The notes below the pieces were generated by a model, which saw nothing but the letters and a program-made list of their open reading frames with translations, did not search any database and was not told where the DNA came from. Positions 25,540 to 39,457 of a stretch of 64,000 bases of DNA are shown piece after piece. The stretch is from positions 10,044,001 through 10,108,000 of the forward strand of contig CM022679.1 of NCBI GenBank assembly GCA_012295275.1, in the 5' to 3' direction. The position numbers and the translations under genes are program-made. The stretch comes from Chrysomallon squamiferum (lineage: Eukaryota > Animalia > Mollusca). Numbering within the stretch: the stretch's first letter is position 1; each line of letters starts with the position of its first letter.

Positions 25540-25650
25540 CTCGGGAGTCATTCGCGACACGGTGGGCATGTCGTAGCCTGCCTGGATGAAGTTGCTGTAA
25601 TATTCCTCAAAATGAAGATCTGCCAGCCAGGCGTGCATGATCTCCGAATC
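25540..25650 (-). CDS. CASKIN: Caskin-like protein, SAM1 N-terminal exon (111 nt)
   Basis: ttttcactgcAG acceptor, GTGAGA donor; DSEIMHAWLADLHFEEYYSNFIQAGYDMPTVSRMTPE (Caskin AGYD.PT.SRMTPE). Confidence 0.95.
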
Positions 25651-26231
25651 CTGCAGTGAAAAAGCCAGAATTAAATTAGAAGTAGCCAAAAATAAAATCC
25701 CTGTTTTCATCGAATTTGATTACGTGGTGGTGGTCTCAGTGAACTGCTTTGGTTTGATATTTGCTAGTGCAGTGTTTTTTTTTTTTGTTAGGCAGATGAT
25801 CTTTATGAAGTATGAGGAAGAAAATATCAAATAATAATAATAACAACAACAACAACAGATATTCATTATTTTTTCTTTTAGACTGAATTTTTGTTGTTGT
25901 TGTTGTTGTTGTTGTTAAACATATATGAAATCCACAGTTTTTCAAAATTAAGATTCTAATTACTTTATTTTGACCATATTAAATTGTGGTCTTTGTCTGC
26001 ATTTTCAAAATTTCATACATACATACATACATATATATACATTTTAAATATGCAAGGATGACATAGTTTTCAAAATTAAAAATAGCTTTATACAATTCAC
26101 AAAACATTACTATAATTTAAAAATGACAGACTTTTCAAAATTAAGGTACTTGTATACAGTTCACAACACATTTTAACATAACATAGCATAACAGCATCAT
26201 AGTAACAATTAGTAATCAGTTAAACCTATCA

Positions 26232-27129
26232 TTATATCACACATTCAGTTATACAATACTGAAGATATCACATACTCTCTCTCTCACTATACCACACATT
26301 CAGTTATACAATACTGACAATATCACACACTCTCTCTCTCACTATACCACACATTCAGTTATACAATACTGACAATATCACACACTCTCTCTCTCACTAT
26401 ACCACACATTCAGTTATACAATACTGACAATATCACACTCTCTCTCTCAGTGTACCACACATTCAGTTATACAATACTGAAGATATCACACTCTCTCTCA
26501 CTATACCACACATTCAGATATACAATACTGACAATATCACACACACTCTGTCTCACTATACCACACATTCAGTTATACAATACTGACAATATCACACTCT
26601 CTCTCACTATACCACACATTCAGTTATACAATACTGACAATATCACACACTCTCTCACATTATACCACACATTCAGTTATACAATACTGACAATATCACA
26701 CACTCTCTCTCACTATACCACACATTCAGTTATACAATACTGACAATATCACACTCTCTCTCTCACTATACCACACATTCAGTTACAATACTGACAATAT
26801 CACTCTCTCTCTCACTATACCACACATTCAGTTATACAATACTGACAATATCACATTCTCTCTCTCACTATACCACACATTCAGTTATACAATACTGACA
26901 ATATCACACACTCTCTCACTATACCACACATTCAGTCATACAATACTGACAATATCACACACACTCTCTCACTATACCACACATTCAGTCATACAATCCT
27001 GAAGATATCACACTCTCTCACTATACCACACATTCAATTATACAATACTGAAGATATCACACACTCTCCCTCACTATACCACACATTCAGTTATACAATA
27101 CTGAAGATATCACACACTCTCTTTCTCAC
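26232..27129. repeat. ~53-bp minisatellite (~17 copies) starting at intron base +1
   Basis: Unit ataccacacattcagttatacaatactgacaatatcacacactctctctcact, with length variation in the internal (CA)/(CT) run. Confidence 0.97.
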
Positions 27130-27300
27130 CTGCAAACCGGCTTGAAACAGTTCAGCCACGTTGATGGTGCTGGCGTAGCCGCTTTCCTCAAGGCGGTCGA
27201 GGCTGCCGAGGCTGGAGCTGGAGGTGCTGCTGTGGTAGCTCTGTCTGGACGACACACCAGACTCGTAACTCTGGCCGGAAAGACGATGTTGACTGCTGAC
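27130..27300 (-). CDS. CASKIN: Caskin-like protein, exon upstream of SAM1 (171 nt)
   Basis: ctgttcAG acceptor, GTGAGA donor; VSSQHRLSGQSYESGVSSRQSYHSSTSSSSLGSLDRLEESGYASTINVAELFQAGLQ; GC-rich, phase 0/0. Confidence 0.88.
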
Positions 27301-27349
27301 CTGAACAGTGACAAGGCTGTGAATCTGCATTTTTTTTAAAAAAGAAAGA

Positions 27350-27520
27350 AAGAAATATGTTAAAATTCTGTTAGTGTTTAATAATAAGAAATATGTTAAA
27401 ATACTGTTAGTTTTAATAATAAGAAAGAAATATGTTAAAACACTGTTAATTTTTAATAATAATGAAAATTAAAAATGATTTTAATAATAAGATGACACTG
27501 TTGAAACACTGTTAATTTTT
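27350..27520. repeat. Short ~35-40-bp tandem array near an acceptor
   Basis: aagaaatatgttaaaa.actgtta.ttttaataat repeated 3-4 times. Confidence 0.75.
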
Positions 27521-28682
27521 AACATATATGCATGCACAGACACACATACACACTTATTATTTATATAATAAAAAACATGCAGTTGTCAATCTGCAAGAAA
27601 AAATTTTGTATACTAAAAAAAAATGTGCTGAACATTATTTACAAATTAATATAATATTTTTTATTTTATTTTTTGTGTTAATAAATTGTTTTTACTAATA
27701 ATTTAAAAAAAAAATATATCACACATAAATAATATGTATCTGGTGAATTTGCAATAAAAAAAACCACCTGTTTATTTTTTCAGTGAATTTATAAGCATCA
27801 GTTAACTTTTTAATGCATCTCTCATGTTCTGTATTAAAATGAAATGTACTCTGTGAATTATCCATAAACTATATTTCTTGGATTTGTGAATAAAGAACTG
27901 AAATATTTTTCTTATTTATTATCCTGTGAATTTTTAAACAAGCAAATAGGCTACTGGTTTTTATCTAAATGTTCTGAAAGGTTGTTTCTGTGAAATTATG
28001 AAAATAAATGTAAATGAAAAAAAAAAAAACAAAACCTAAAAAAAAAAAACAACAAAACTATAATAATAAAAAAAAAAAAAAAAATAAACTGAAAAAAAAA
28101 AAAAAAAAAAAAAAAAAACCCCACAAGAAGAAAAAAAAAAAAAAATAAGAGAAACTTTTTTTTTTTAAATTTTGAATAAAAAATACGTAGAAACTAAAAT
28201 GTGTTGATTATGTTCAGAAAAATCAGCATACACAGAATAATAAACAAAACGTGAAAAAGATATTTGATTTCATAAAAAATAAATAAATAAATAAATAAAT
28301 AAATAAAAAATAAAAACTCTGTAAAAACCTAAAAACCAAAACAAAAAAAAAAAAAAACAAGACCAACCCATTCTCCAGACAAACAAATCATAAAAATGTG
28401 AAGTAAGGAATCTACACTCCTTTAAAATTCCTTGAGAGCAAATACTTGTTTCTATTGTTTTCCAGTACAACATACTTTTTTTTCCCTGTTACAAATCTAA
28501 ATTCTGGTGGAATTGTTGGTCCATTAAAAGCAAGAATCATGGAATAAGACAACAGTTTTAGAATAATAGTGTTTTAAACATTTACATTTCCCCAGCTTAA
28601 TATTATACATACAACTCTATGGGGTAATAAAACTAAAAATTTGAATAAAAAAATAAGAAAATGAACAAACTGAAAAAGGTGT

Positions 28683-28715
<33 letters not shown>

Positions 28716-29182
28716 TGAGACAGACAGACAGACAAAGAGAGAGAGAGATATGTAAAGGATAAACAAAGATAAAGGATACAGACAAAAGTTTTAAACAGAG
28801 AAAAATAGAAAGAGAAAAGGCAGAGCAAGAGAGAAGGAAGCAAAAGAAGATAAAAATTCTGCAAGAAATGAAAGAAGAAAGAAAACAAAGACAAATTTTT
28901 AATATGATAAGGCTGGCTGTTTTAACAGAAAAATAAACACTGCCAAGGAGAAAAAAAGAGGGGAAAAAAAGGAAAAAATGAATTGTTTACAAAGAGGAAG
29001 AGTTAATTAAACTTTGTTATTACACAGGCCTGGATTAAAGGATGCAGCATATTGATAAACAGAGAGACGTAAGTGAAACAGGAGAGCTCTGTTAGATAAA
29101 AAGGAAAAGTGTTTGTACACTTGTACTGAGTGAATGTTTTCATATTTGTTTATTGTTGTGGCCATTGTTGTAGGTGCATGGT

Positions 29183-29219
<37 letters not shown>

Positions 29220-30577
29220 TACTTTTTTCCTCAAAATATAAAATGGATTCACAAAAAACCAATAATTTTAGTTTATTTCCCATTCCACCCAGTACTTCAT
29301 GATTTATTACTTTCTAAAATATGAGGTATTCTATCATATTTTAATAACAATGTGAAAAATTAATTGTCAACTGATATAACATAACTGATTGTTTGGTCAA
29401 ATTTCATTTCTATTTGAAAAATAAACATAAATAATGAATCACTTACACTCACTAAATGTCTTTAATTGTTATTAGAAATTATTTTCAAATATTTTCTTTT
29501 ATTCCCTCCATTACCTTTTTAAAATGATATATATATATATTATTTTATTATCAATTCATTTTAAAAATAAACCAAATCATTCTTTACTCCATCTACACAC
29601 CTCTACCAAAGTACATAAAAAAAAAATTCACATCAGTAGTAAACCAAAATGAAAACTCATTTAGAAAATATGTTCCTCCTGCTGCTTGCCATAATCCGTG
29701 TTAGCAAAATGCTCACAGCAATTTGTCAAACAGAATTCTTTCACAAGGTGCAGAGATTGTCAAAACTTTCAGCAGAAGATTTCAGATAAACATCTGAAGC
29801 AATTCCAAATGCGCAAACACTGACAGATGCATTTTCAGGAAGCTTTAAGTCTTGCAAGCTGGAAAGATTACTTAACTGAAAGTTTATTTTTCTTTTTTAG
29901 AAATAACAACAAACAAGAAAGAGAAAAAAAATCATAGCACCCTGTACATGTAATTCAATACATGCAGAAAGACTAAATTGTGCGTATGCACTGCATATTT
30001 TGTGAAGAGAAAGATGGATTTGTCTATTTTTAAAACAGAATCTGTGAAGATAAGATCTCTAATGGAGGCAGAATTGTCACTAAGTGTTGATGAGTTTCTA
30101 AATTTGTTAATAGACTCCGTCTATTTTTTGCAATGGAGTGTGAGATATGAAGTTTTTACCTACAATAATAATAAAAAGAAGAAGAAGAAAAAGAAAAAGA
30201 AGAAGAAGAAGAAAAAGATGAAGCATAAGAATGTGAAGAACATATAATTATCATCCTCTCTCTCTTTCCATCCCTCTCCATCCCTTTATCAATGGCCTTA
30301 CTCTGAAACATGAAACTGTATTCGTAAAAACTTATCAGTAAAGGTAATTTATTGATGTTTTTTTGTTTGTTTTTTATTACTGTATGTACAAAAATGCGTA
30401 CACTGATATTACTGTTCAGAATCTTTATCTGAAGAGAAATACTAATAAAAACTTTTGGAAAACACAATGACCCAGGGCATCACAACCAAACAGAAAATCA
30501 AACAGCTGTCAAAATGTTCACACTTCTAAATTTATAAATCTCATTCTCCATATGTGTTATCTATTAAACCTTTTAAA

Positions 30578-30870
<293 letters not shown>

Positions 30871-31552
30871 TAGAGTTTTAACATTCATTTTAAACTTATT
30901 CTAAATCCTTTCTAACATTTGTTTTTTCCTATGTCATGAACTTTTGGCAAATTACTGATAACTAAAGGACAGACAAAGTTCATTTTAAAATAAAACAATA
31001 AACACTGTTTAAAGACATGTACTTATAGAGGTATGTGCTTCATATAGTATGTTACTTAAACATTTAAAATTATTTTACTTTATCCTTAAAAAAAATAATA
31101 ATAATAAAAAATTAAACAAAAAAAAAAAAAAACAAAAAAAAAAAACATACCAAAAAAAAAAAAAAAAAAAAAATAAAAATGATAAAGCATTCAAGATGGA
31201 AGCCAAATAAATCATAGATCTACACACTTCTATTTAAAAATATGCTAATGTCAGTTACAGCAATAAAAAAAACTTTGAGATTACATCATCCAGTAATGCC
31301 TCAAATTACAGCCTGTTTATTTACACCAAACATTATGCATAAAACATAAGACAGCTTTACTCAAAATAATTACAACAAAATGCAAATGCTGGTCATTCGA
31401 CTTTTACACGAACTAGTTTGTAATTAAAAATACTCTTAAAAATGCTAACATTATGTCCATTCACATTAATTTTTCTTTTCATGACGTTTTCCAAAATGAT
31501 CGTGCTTCATTCTGAGTGATATATAAATACATCTACCTTTAAAATTTATTCC

Positions 31553-31590
<38 letters not shown>

Positions 31591-31934
31591 ATACAGAAAG
31601 AAAGAAAGAAAGAAGATAAAGCAAACTACTCTTCCACAAAAAACCCCAACAATTACAACCACTCTTAACAGGAATGTTATTTCTGATACCGAAATACGTG
31701 ACCTTACACTGTTGCTGGCATCCTACCACATTTCCAGCACCTCCGTAAGTTTATTTTACACAAATACTACCACTTCATTCATCTACAAGAATTCACTCCA
31801 CTATCCCCACAGACACAACAGCTGCAGGCCTCTGTCGTCCCATCCGACCTGATGTGGGGATCTCTGGCAATCTAACAGCATTTTCTTTGTAAGAATATTA
31901 CTCTTATCTATGTAGAGTTCAATTCCATACTCAC

Positions 31935-31979
<45 letters not shown>

Positions 31980-32189
31980 AAATGACCAGTATGGTGAATA
32001 AAACTGATCTGACCTTGAGAAGCAAGGCCACACTTTCAGACTGTGGGAAGTAACACAAGACTGTGACAAATAAGGCTACTCTGTAAGAAATAAGCTTGTT
32101 TATTATTTTTTGTTATTATTTTCTTGTTTTTCAGATTATGAAGAGTATGTCCATGATTACAGAAGAGTCTAGAGATTAAAAGAAAAAAG

Positions 32190-33085
32190 GTCCAGACTGT
32201 GAGAAATAAATCCTGGTTAAGAGAAGTAACTCCTGACTGAAATAATATTGTGTCCTGGTTAAGAGAAATAACTCCTAACTGTTTGAAATAATATTGTGTC
32301 CTGGTTAAGTGAAATAACTCCTAACTGTTTGAAATAATATTTTGTCCTGGTTATGAGAAATAACTCCTGACTGTTTGAAATAATATTGTGTCCTGGTTAT
32401 GAGAAATAATTCCTGACTGTTTGAAATAATGTATGTCCTGGTTATGAGAAATAACTCCTGACTGTTTGAAATAATATTATGCCCTGGTTAAGAGACATAA
32501 CTCCTGACTGTTTGAAATAATATTATGTCCTGGTTATGAGACATAACTCCTGACTGTTTGAAATAATATGTGTCCTGGTTAAGAGAAATAACTCCTGACT
32601 GTCTGAAATAATAATAAGTCCTGGTTATGAGAAATAATTCCTGACTGTTTGAAATAATATTGTGTCCTGGTTAAGATAAGTAACTCCTGACTGAAATAAT
32701 ATTATGTCCTGATTATGAGAAATAACTCCTGACTGTTTGAAATAATAATATGTCCTGGTTATGAGAAATAACTCCTGACTGTTTGAAATAATACTGTGTC
32801 CTGGTAAAGAGAAGTAACTCCTGACTGAAATAATATTATGTCCTGATTATGAGAAATAACTCCTGACTGTTTGAAATAATAATATGTCCTGGTTATGAGA
32901 AATAACTCCTGACTGTTTGAAATAATATTATGTCCTGGTTATGAGACATAACTCCTGACTGTTTGAAATAATACATGTCCTGGTTATGAGAATTAACTCC
33001 TGACTGTTTGAAATAGTACATGTCCTGGTTATGAGAATTAACTCCTGACTGTTTGAAATAGTACATGTCCTGGTTATGAAAATTA
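32190..33085. repeat. ~46-bp minisatellite (~19 copies)
   Basis: Unit gtcctggttatgagaaataactcctgactgtttgaaataatattat; near-identical copies with no spacers. Confidence 0.97.
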
Positions 33086-33364
33086 AGTTAAGACCATGTA
33101 ATAATTAATGCAATACCAGACAATGGGAAATAAATCCATGATAAGAGTAACAAAACCTGATTGTGAACACTGGTTTATTAAGTTAAAATATTTCAAAACC
33201 AAAGCATGGATATATAATATATGTATAGATATATATGGATGAATGGATGGATAGATGGATCTGTGTATGATAGGTAACTACACACATTCTTTTATTATGT
33301 TATTACAAATCAAAGAAATGATTTTTATACAAAGATAATATTGGAAAGAAAATCTACAATACAC

Positions 33365-33500
33365 TGGCTATTCTTTTTGGCTGGTAGCAAGGGATCTTTA
33401 AATAAATACCTTCCCGTAGACAGGAAATCTCATACAAAGCACTTACAAAATCAGGTGGACTGGGAAATATCCCAATGAATGCACTGACTCGATTCCTGTG
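33365..33500. mobile_element. Fragment of the same dispersed SINE-like repeat
   Basis: ggctattcttt..tagcaagggatcttta..accttcccgtagacagg aligns by eye with 13590-13645. Confidence 0.5.
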
Positions 33501-34252
33501 AAGTAAATTACACAACCTATGGTATTTACTATGTAAAAAAAAACTGTACCGAAGAGTATTTTTTTTTATATTCTGTACATCTCTGACTCTTGGTAGATTG
33601 ATTCACTGCAATCATGTGTAGTATCCAATGCATTGATTTCTTGTAGTGTGCAATATCAGAGTTATTGACTGCGTACTCATCACATACATAATTCTGAGAG
33701 AGATGTTTCTATTATCTCTGATCTCATTAGCCATGATTGATTCAAGTGAACTTCATTCTCACTGTGTTAGCAGCCATGCTGTTACCCAGCTCATTTCATT
33801 AAATTTCATTATTTCTGATACCACCAAGCTTCATATTCTGTTTTGTCATACTAGCACAAAATGTATTTGATTAAATATATAATGTTTTTTTTCTGATCTT
33901 GCAGGCTTTCTGTTTTCTTTTGGTGCATCATTAAAAAAGCTTATTTCACTAAAGACATTATAATGATCAAGGTAGTAGTCTGTTCTCAAGATTAATGCAA
34001 GGTTTATATCACTGTTAAATAAAATATATATATTTTTTTTCATTATTTATTTCCAGACTTCTGATTCTGTTGACCGCAACTGCAAAAGCCGATTCCAGAT
34101 TTTAAAAACTATTTTTGATACTGCAGGCTTTTCTGAATCAAACAGATCAGAAAAAAAAGATTATCATGATTTCCCCAAAGCTTGTCATATCACAAGCATC
34201 AGACATAAAGCTGTCATCTAGACCAGTTAGCCGTTTAATATTTCTGTATTAG

Positions 34253-34700
34253 TTGAAGTACATCATTCAAAATGGAATTAGTCACTGAAATTTCGTTTAG
34301 AGTAAGATATGAAGTATATTATTCCAAATATGCTTTGTCATTGCTACTTCAGGGAGAATAAAGTGTGAAGTATATTATTCTAAATATACTTTGTCATTGC
34401 TACTTCAGTTAGAATATGCTGTGAAGTACATTATTCAAAATATAATTAGTCACTGCTACTTCAGTCTGAACAGTGTGAAGTATATTATTCCCATACCATT
34501 AATTTCTATGAATAGATAAAAAACAACTTTAAATAAATTTGCCTACACCAAATTTGATTCTGTTTTATCACAATATATGGTATATAATTGGCTATATATA
34601 TATATATATATATATATTATATTTTTAAATAAATTTGCCTACACCAAATTTGATTCTGTTTTATCGCAATATGTGGTATATAATTGACTATATATATATA
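34253..34700. repeat. ~56-bp tandem units with inverted arms plus a duplicated tail
   Basis: tgaagtatattattc...tgctacttcag repeated ~4 times; tail aaataaatttgcctacaccaaatttgattctgttttatc present twice. Confidence 0.8.
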
Positions 34701-35162
34701 TATATATTTTTTTTTTTTAGCTTATTATTTTTCGGTGTTTTTTTTTTTCCCTCATAAGGTGGAGATGTTGTTTTTCTTCTTCTTCTGGTGTTGGATTACT
34801 TTTAATTTAATTGCCATATAAATTATATGAAACTGGTTAGTCATGCAGGTGTGTTGTATCAGCTAGTATCATCATTTTTCTGGTGTAACGCAACAGATAG
34901 TATACATTACAGTAAACTGCACTGTCATACACAAAGTGCTGTGTAATATATGTTGATATTATTCAGGCAGTACTGGGAATAATTTTTTGTAGATAAAAAT
35001 AAGATTAGAGTTAAATGTTTTTTTATTTTTTTTATTTTTTTACCTGTAATATAAGTGAGTGACATCCAGATGTATGGATCATATTTTTTTTTTTTTTTTT
35101 TTCGATATCTTTTAAATTTAATTTCGGTTTTATTATTATAAACATAAAATAAAAAATAATAA

Positions 35163-35209
<47 letters not shown>

Positions 35210-35814
35210 AATATAAAAAAAAAAAAAAAATAAAATGACAAAAAAAAATCAACCAAAAAAAATCAAAAACAAAAATTAAAGATATATTTTGAAAAAATAA
35301 AGAAAAGAATTTACAAATATTTTTAAGTGATTAATCTTTTTTTTCCAGGTAAAACTGCCTCTCATCTGTATTGTTGCAGGTGCAGTTAACTGATTTAACC
35401 AATAAAATAAATAAATAAAAAAATAAAATTTAAAAAAATAATAGGCACAAAAAAGAACTGTTGATTGATATATTCGGAAATGCGCTACTAAATTTTGGTT
35501 TATTTTTTATTTATTTATTTTTTTTTTTGGACACTAATCAAATTTAAGTTGGCAGGTGAAAAATGAGTTCAGTAACATAAAATAATTTGGAAAAGAAAAT
35601 TAATCACATTTTGTTTGTTGATAAACCTTTTTTTTTTCCCCCTGCTTATAATGTTTTTTCTTTAAGAAAAACAAAAATTTGAAAACTAATAACATTTACT
35701 GTGCATGTTTGTCTGTGTCTTGAGTGTGTGTGTGTGTCTTTCCATTTTGTGAGCTAATGCTTAAAATATATGCCAATTTTTTTACCATTCCAGAATACAT
35801 GAATACAATTTTGT

Positions 35815-36030
35815 ATTAAATATTTTGTATTGTTACTTCAGTTAGGGTATAAAGGTGTGACGTACATTATTACAAATATAATTAGTCGCTACTACTTCAG
35901 TCAGAATAAGGCATGAAGTACATTATTTCTACAACTTCTACAACTCAGATCAGAAACACATAAAACACTTTAAAACAATGTGTCTACACCAGACTTGATT
36001 TCTGTGACTCTATTGCGCTGTGTGGCTATG
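35815..36030. repeat. Diverged second copy of the 34253-34700 repeat block
   Basis: tacttcagttag..gtgacgtacattattacaaatataattagtcgctactacttcag..tgaagtacattatt, then ctacaccagacttgatt.ctgt. Confidence 0.7.
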
Positions 36031-36088
36031 CACAGTTTTTGTAAAGGCAAAGAAAAAACGTGGATTAAAACTGTTTTTATCCACCCAC

Positions 36089-36256
36089 CTTTGGTTCCAG
36101 GTGACCGGTGCTGATGCCGCGGCCGCTGTCACTGCTAGCTGCGCTGTTTCTGTTGCTGTTGGCAGGACTCTCCTTGGCTGGGCTGGGTGCCCTCATGTCT
36201 GCTGCAAGCCAGTCACCAGCAATCCCATTCTGATTTATTATCTTTCCACCGATGTA
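36089..36256 (-). CDS. CASKIN: Caskin-like protein, linker exon (168 nt)
   Basis: ttgttgtttcAG acceptor, AAG|GTGGGT donor; YIGGKIINQNGIAGDWLAADMRAPSPAKESPANSNRNSAASSDSGRGISTGHLEPK; GC-rich island, phase 0/0. Confidence 0.8.
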
Positions 36257-37595
36257 CTGAAACAACAAAACGTCCAAAGTGTTAAAAGTGTACGTACGTA
36301 TGTACTATTGCTTGCAAACATAAAGAAATCGAAAAAAAACAATGATTCTGCATATCTAACATTAAAAATATGTATACTTCATGCTATTTATTTCATTTAA
36401 AAGACTAGGACCACCAATCTTTGTTAACAATAAAGCCTGACAAGCAAATGATATTTTTTTCTTTATTATGTTAATTAGTATTAATGTGAGATAAAGAATA
36501 ATCCGTAACAGACTGAGTAAATCATTTGCATGGGATCATGTCCTCAATCTGTCAAGAATTTTTGTGAAATTTCTAATCGAAAAACAAAATCGCAAATAAA
36601 TAAAAAAAAGGATGATCATCACCAGTTTGTTGTTGTTTTATTGACATGTGTAATAATTATTAGCAAGAAGCAAGGAAAATAATAACCCAGAAATTTATAA
36701 CACATATTTGTACATACTTTCAGATACTTATTTTTTAAATAACGTATGCAATTTTCTCTATACTTAGAAATCAACAATGTTTTTAATTTCTTTGTTCAAG
36801 TGAAGTGTATATTTCTGTAACAATATATAGATGGTTTTTTATAATTTTTTTTTTTTTTTTTTTTATTATTTTTTTTTTTTTTTTTTGCATTTTCATATCT
36901 TTAAGGTGTAAATGAACCAGAAAATAAAATGGAAAAAAAACCTAAAAAAAAAAGGGGAAAAAAACCACAAAAAAAACAACACCTCAAAAACGCTTGCTAA
37001 TGCAACAATACTTTCATGAATAATTCAGTCACCAACCTTCATCACATCAAAATTCTAATTCAAAACTCTACAATACATAACACTTTTCTTTTTTTTTTCT
37101 TTACAAAAAACACCCCAAAAAACTTCACAACAGTCCCTTATGTAAAATAAGCCATACTTGATATTGCAACTTAACTATCCAAGCAAACACTTCAGAATGA
37201 ACATTATATATAAATATATATATATATAAAGCTTACAAGTACATTAATTTTCATTATGGGATAATTACATTTTGTTCAGTAGGCTTCAAAATAGCCAGTG
37301 CTTGTCATTAAACATATGTTGAATGTTAGAAAATACTTTAACAGAATTAACCCTAACAGCTTGTCTTGTAATGTGGTTGTTAGTGTATAAAACGAAATCA
37401 AAGGATAAGCAGTAAAGTTTTGTTAAATGGACGTAAATGATTAATGTTCCCCATTTTGAAACACTTAAATGTTGTATGGGTCTTAAATAGTTAAATAACC
37501 TTCTAATTTCATTTCTGTTTCTATTTTAAACCTTTTAAGTTACAATTTAAAGTTTTAAATAATTATATTATAATTTCAGTTAGATAAAAGTATTC

Positions 37596-37638
<43 letters not shown>

Positions 37639-37903
37639 TGTACTTTAATTAGAAACATTATCTTCTTTCAGTTAAATTCTAATTATTAACAGATATATTC
37701 ATTTATTTTTTTTTTTTTTTTTGGTTTTTAAAAATAGAATTTTTAACATAACCTGATTCTTTTTTCTTCAGGCTTATGATTAAATTATTTTCAGCACACT
37801 GTTTTAATGTCTTTCAAATTAATGACATGAAAAGCAAAATCTGGATTTTCAATTTTTTAAAATCTCTTCAAAAACAACATGATAACACTGAATCAATATC
37901 ATT

Positions 37904-37955
<52 letters not shown>

Positions 37956-38407
37956 AGAAGAAGAAAGAAAAAAATAATTAAAAAAAAGGAGAACAAAAAT
38001 AAATAAAAAGAAGATAAGTAGAAAAAAAAGGAAAAGATAAAAAAAAAAAAAAAAATAGACACACACACACACACACACACAGACTCAGACACACACACAC
38101 AATTAACTACATCATTATAACTTGTAGGCCTTTATGAAATAAAAATTTCCCAAAATATCTTTTTAATGGACAAACTATTCCTACAGGGAGCTAATTATGA
38201 TCTACCAACACTGCAGCCACTTGTTTCTTACTGCACGAGTTGTTTCACCAGCACCTGTGTAATACAGTGCGTAATGCATTCATCAGTTATCAAACATTCT
38301 CCACTGCTCCCAGATGTCTGCCTCTGACCATGACTAATCAAATTGGTTTGACGCAAAATCCCTGAGGATTTATGTATGTGGACACAATAATATCATAAAT
38401 ATACATG

Positions 38408-38451
38408 ATAGATAGATAGAGAGTGAGAGTGTGTGAGATAGAGAGAGAGAG

Positions 38452-38532
<81 letters not shown>
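38408..38532. repeat. (GA)n microsatellite
   Basis: Direct reading. Confidence 0.95.
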
Positions 38533-38537
<5 letters not shown>

Positions 38538-39341
38538 AGAAATGCAGAAACAGATGTTGAGAAAAAGATATAGAGACAACTGGTATGTGTATATACATTG
38601 TGAGAAAACAAAAAATGGAAACTGAAGATTTAGGAAATAAAAAGAGAGAGAACCATAAATGTATTAGAGAGAGAAGAGGGGAACAGAGATGGAGAGACAC
38701 ATCAAAGCAGAAAAAATAAGAACAAAAAGTACAAGACAAAGGAAAAAGAATAAAGATATTTTCCTAGATCAATGCAATGCTTAAGATAAAAATCTTTTTT
38801 TCTTCTTTCTATTTTTTCCCCCTTTCTCTCTTTCTTTCTTTCTTTGAAAATTCAATTTGTCAATGTCTACTGACCAGACACCTATTTCTTTTACAGAAAC
38901 AATAAAAAAAAATTAAAATAAAGAAGGAGGAAAGTAGAAGCAATAATCAGGCATCGGATTCCAACCGACTGCCTGCCTTGCTAGCAGTAATGACATTGAT
39001 TAAACAGTGTTAATAGCCTTTTGTGGACATTACAGTCTAGCATGGAACGAACTTCCAGCAACAAAACTGGAGTCACTTTCAGAATACAAAGACTTTTTTT
39101 TTATGCGACTGTATTAACAGTGGAGAACTACGTGTTGCAGAAAATAATAGAATTTGATCTGAAACAGCTCAGGCTGAATGATTAGCTACAAGAAAGCCAT
39201 TTACTGTGAAGTAATTAGAGAATCTACGTTCTTCCCAGTACTATTTTTATCAGAACTTTTTTTTTTTTTCTTTAAAATCTAATTTGTCGGTGATCCAGTA
39301 TTTTGTTGTTTTTTTTAGTTGACAGAAGGAAGATGATAGAG

Positions 39342-39457
<116 letters not shown>

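Noticed and set aside
31700-31880. GC-richer patch ending in a GTAAGG donor-like site on -
   Set aside because: The phase-0 frame needed to join the 27300 exon contains TAG six codons upstream, so it is unsupported as a coding exon.
37348-37357. TTAACCCTAA telomeric-like word
   Set aside because: Fewer than two repeat units; expected by chance.
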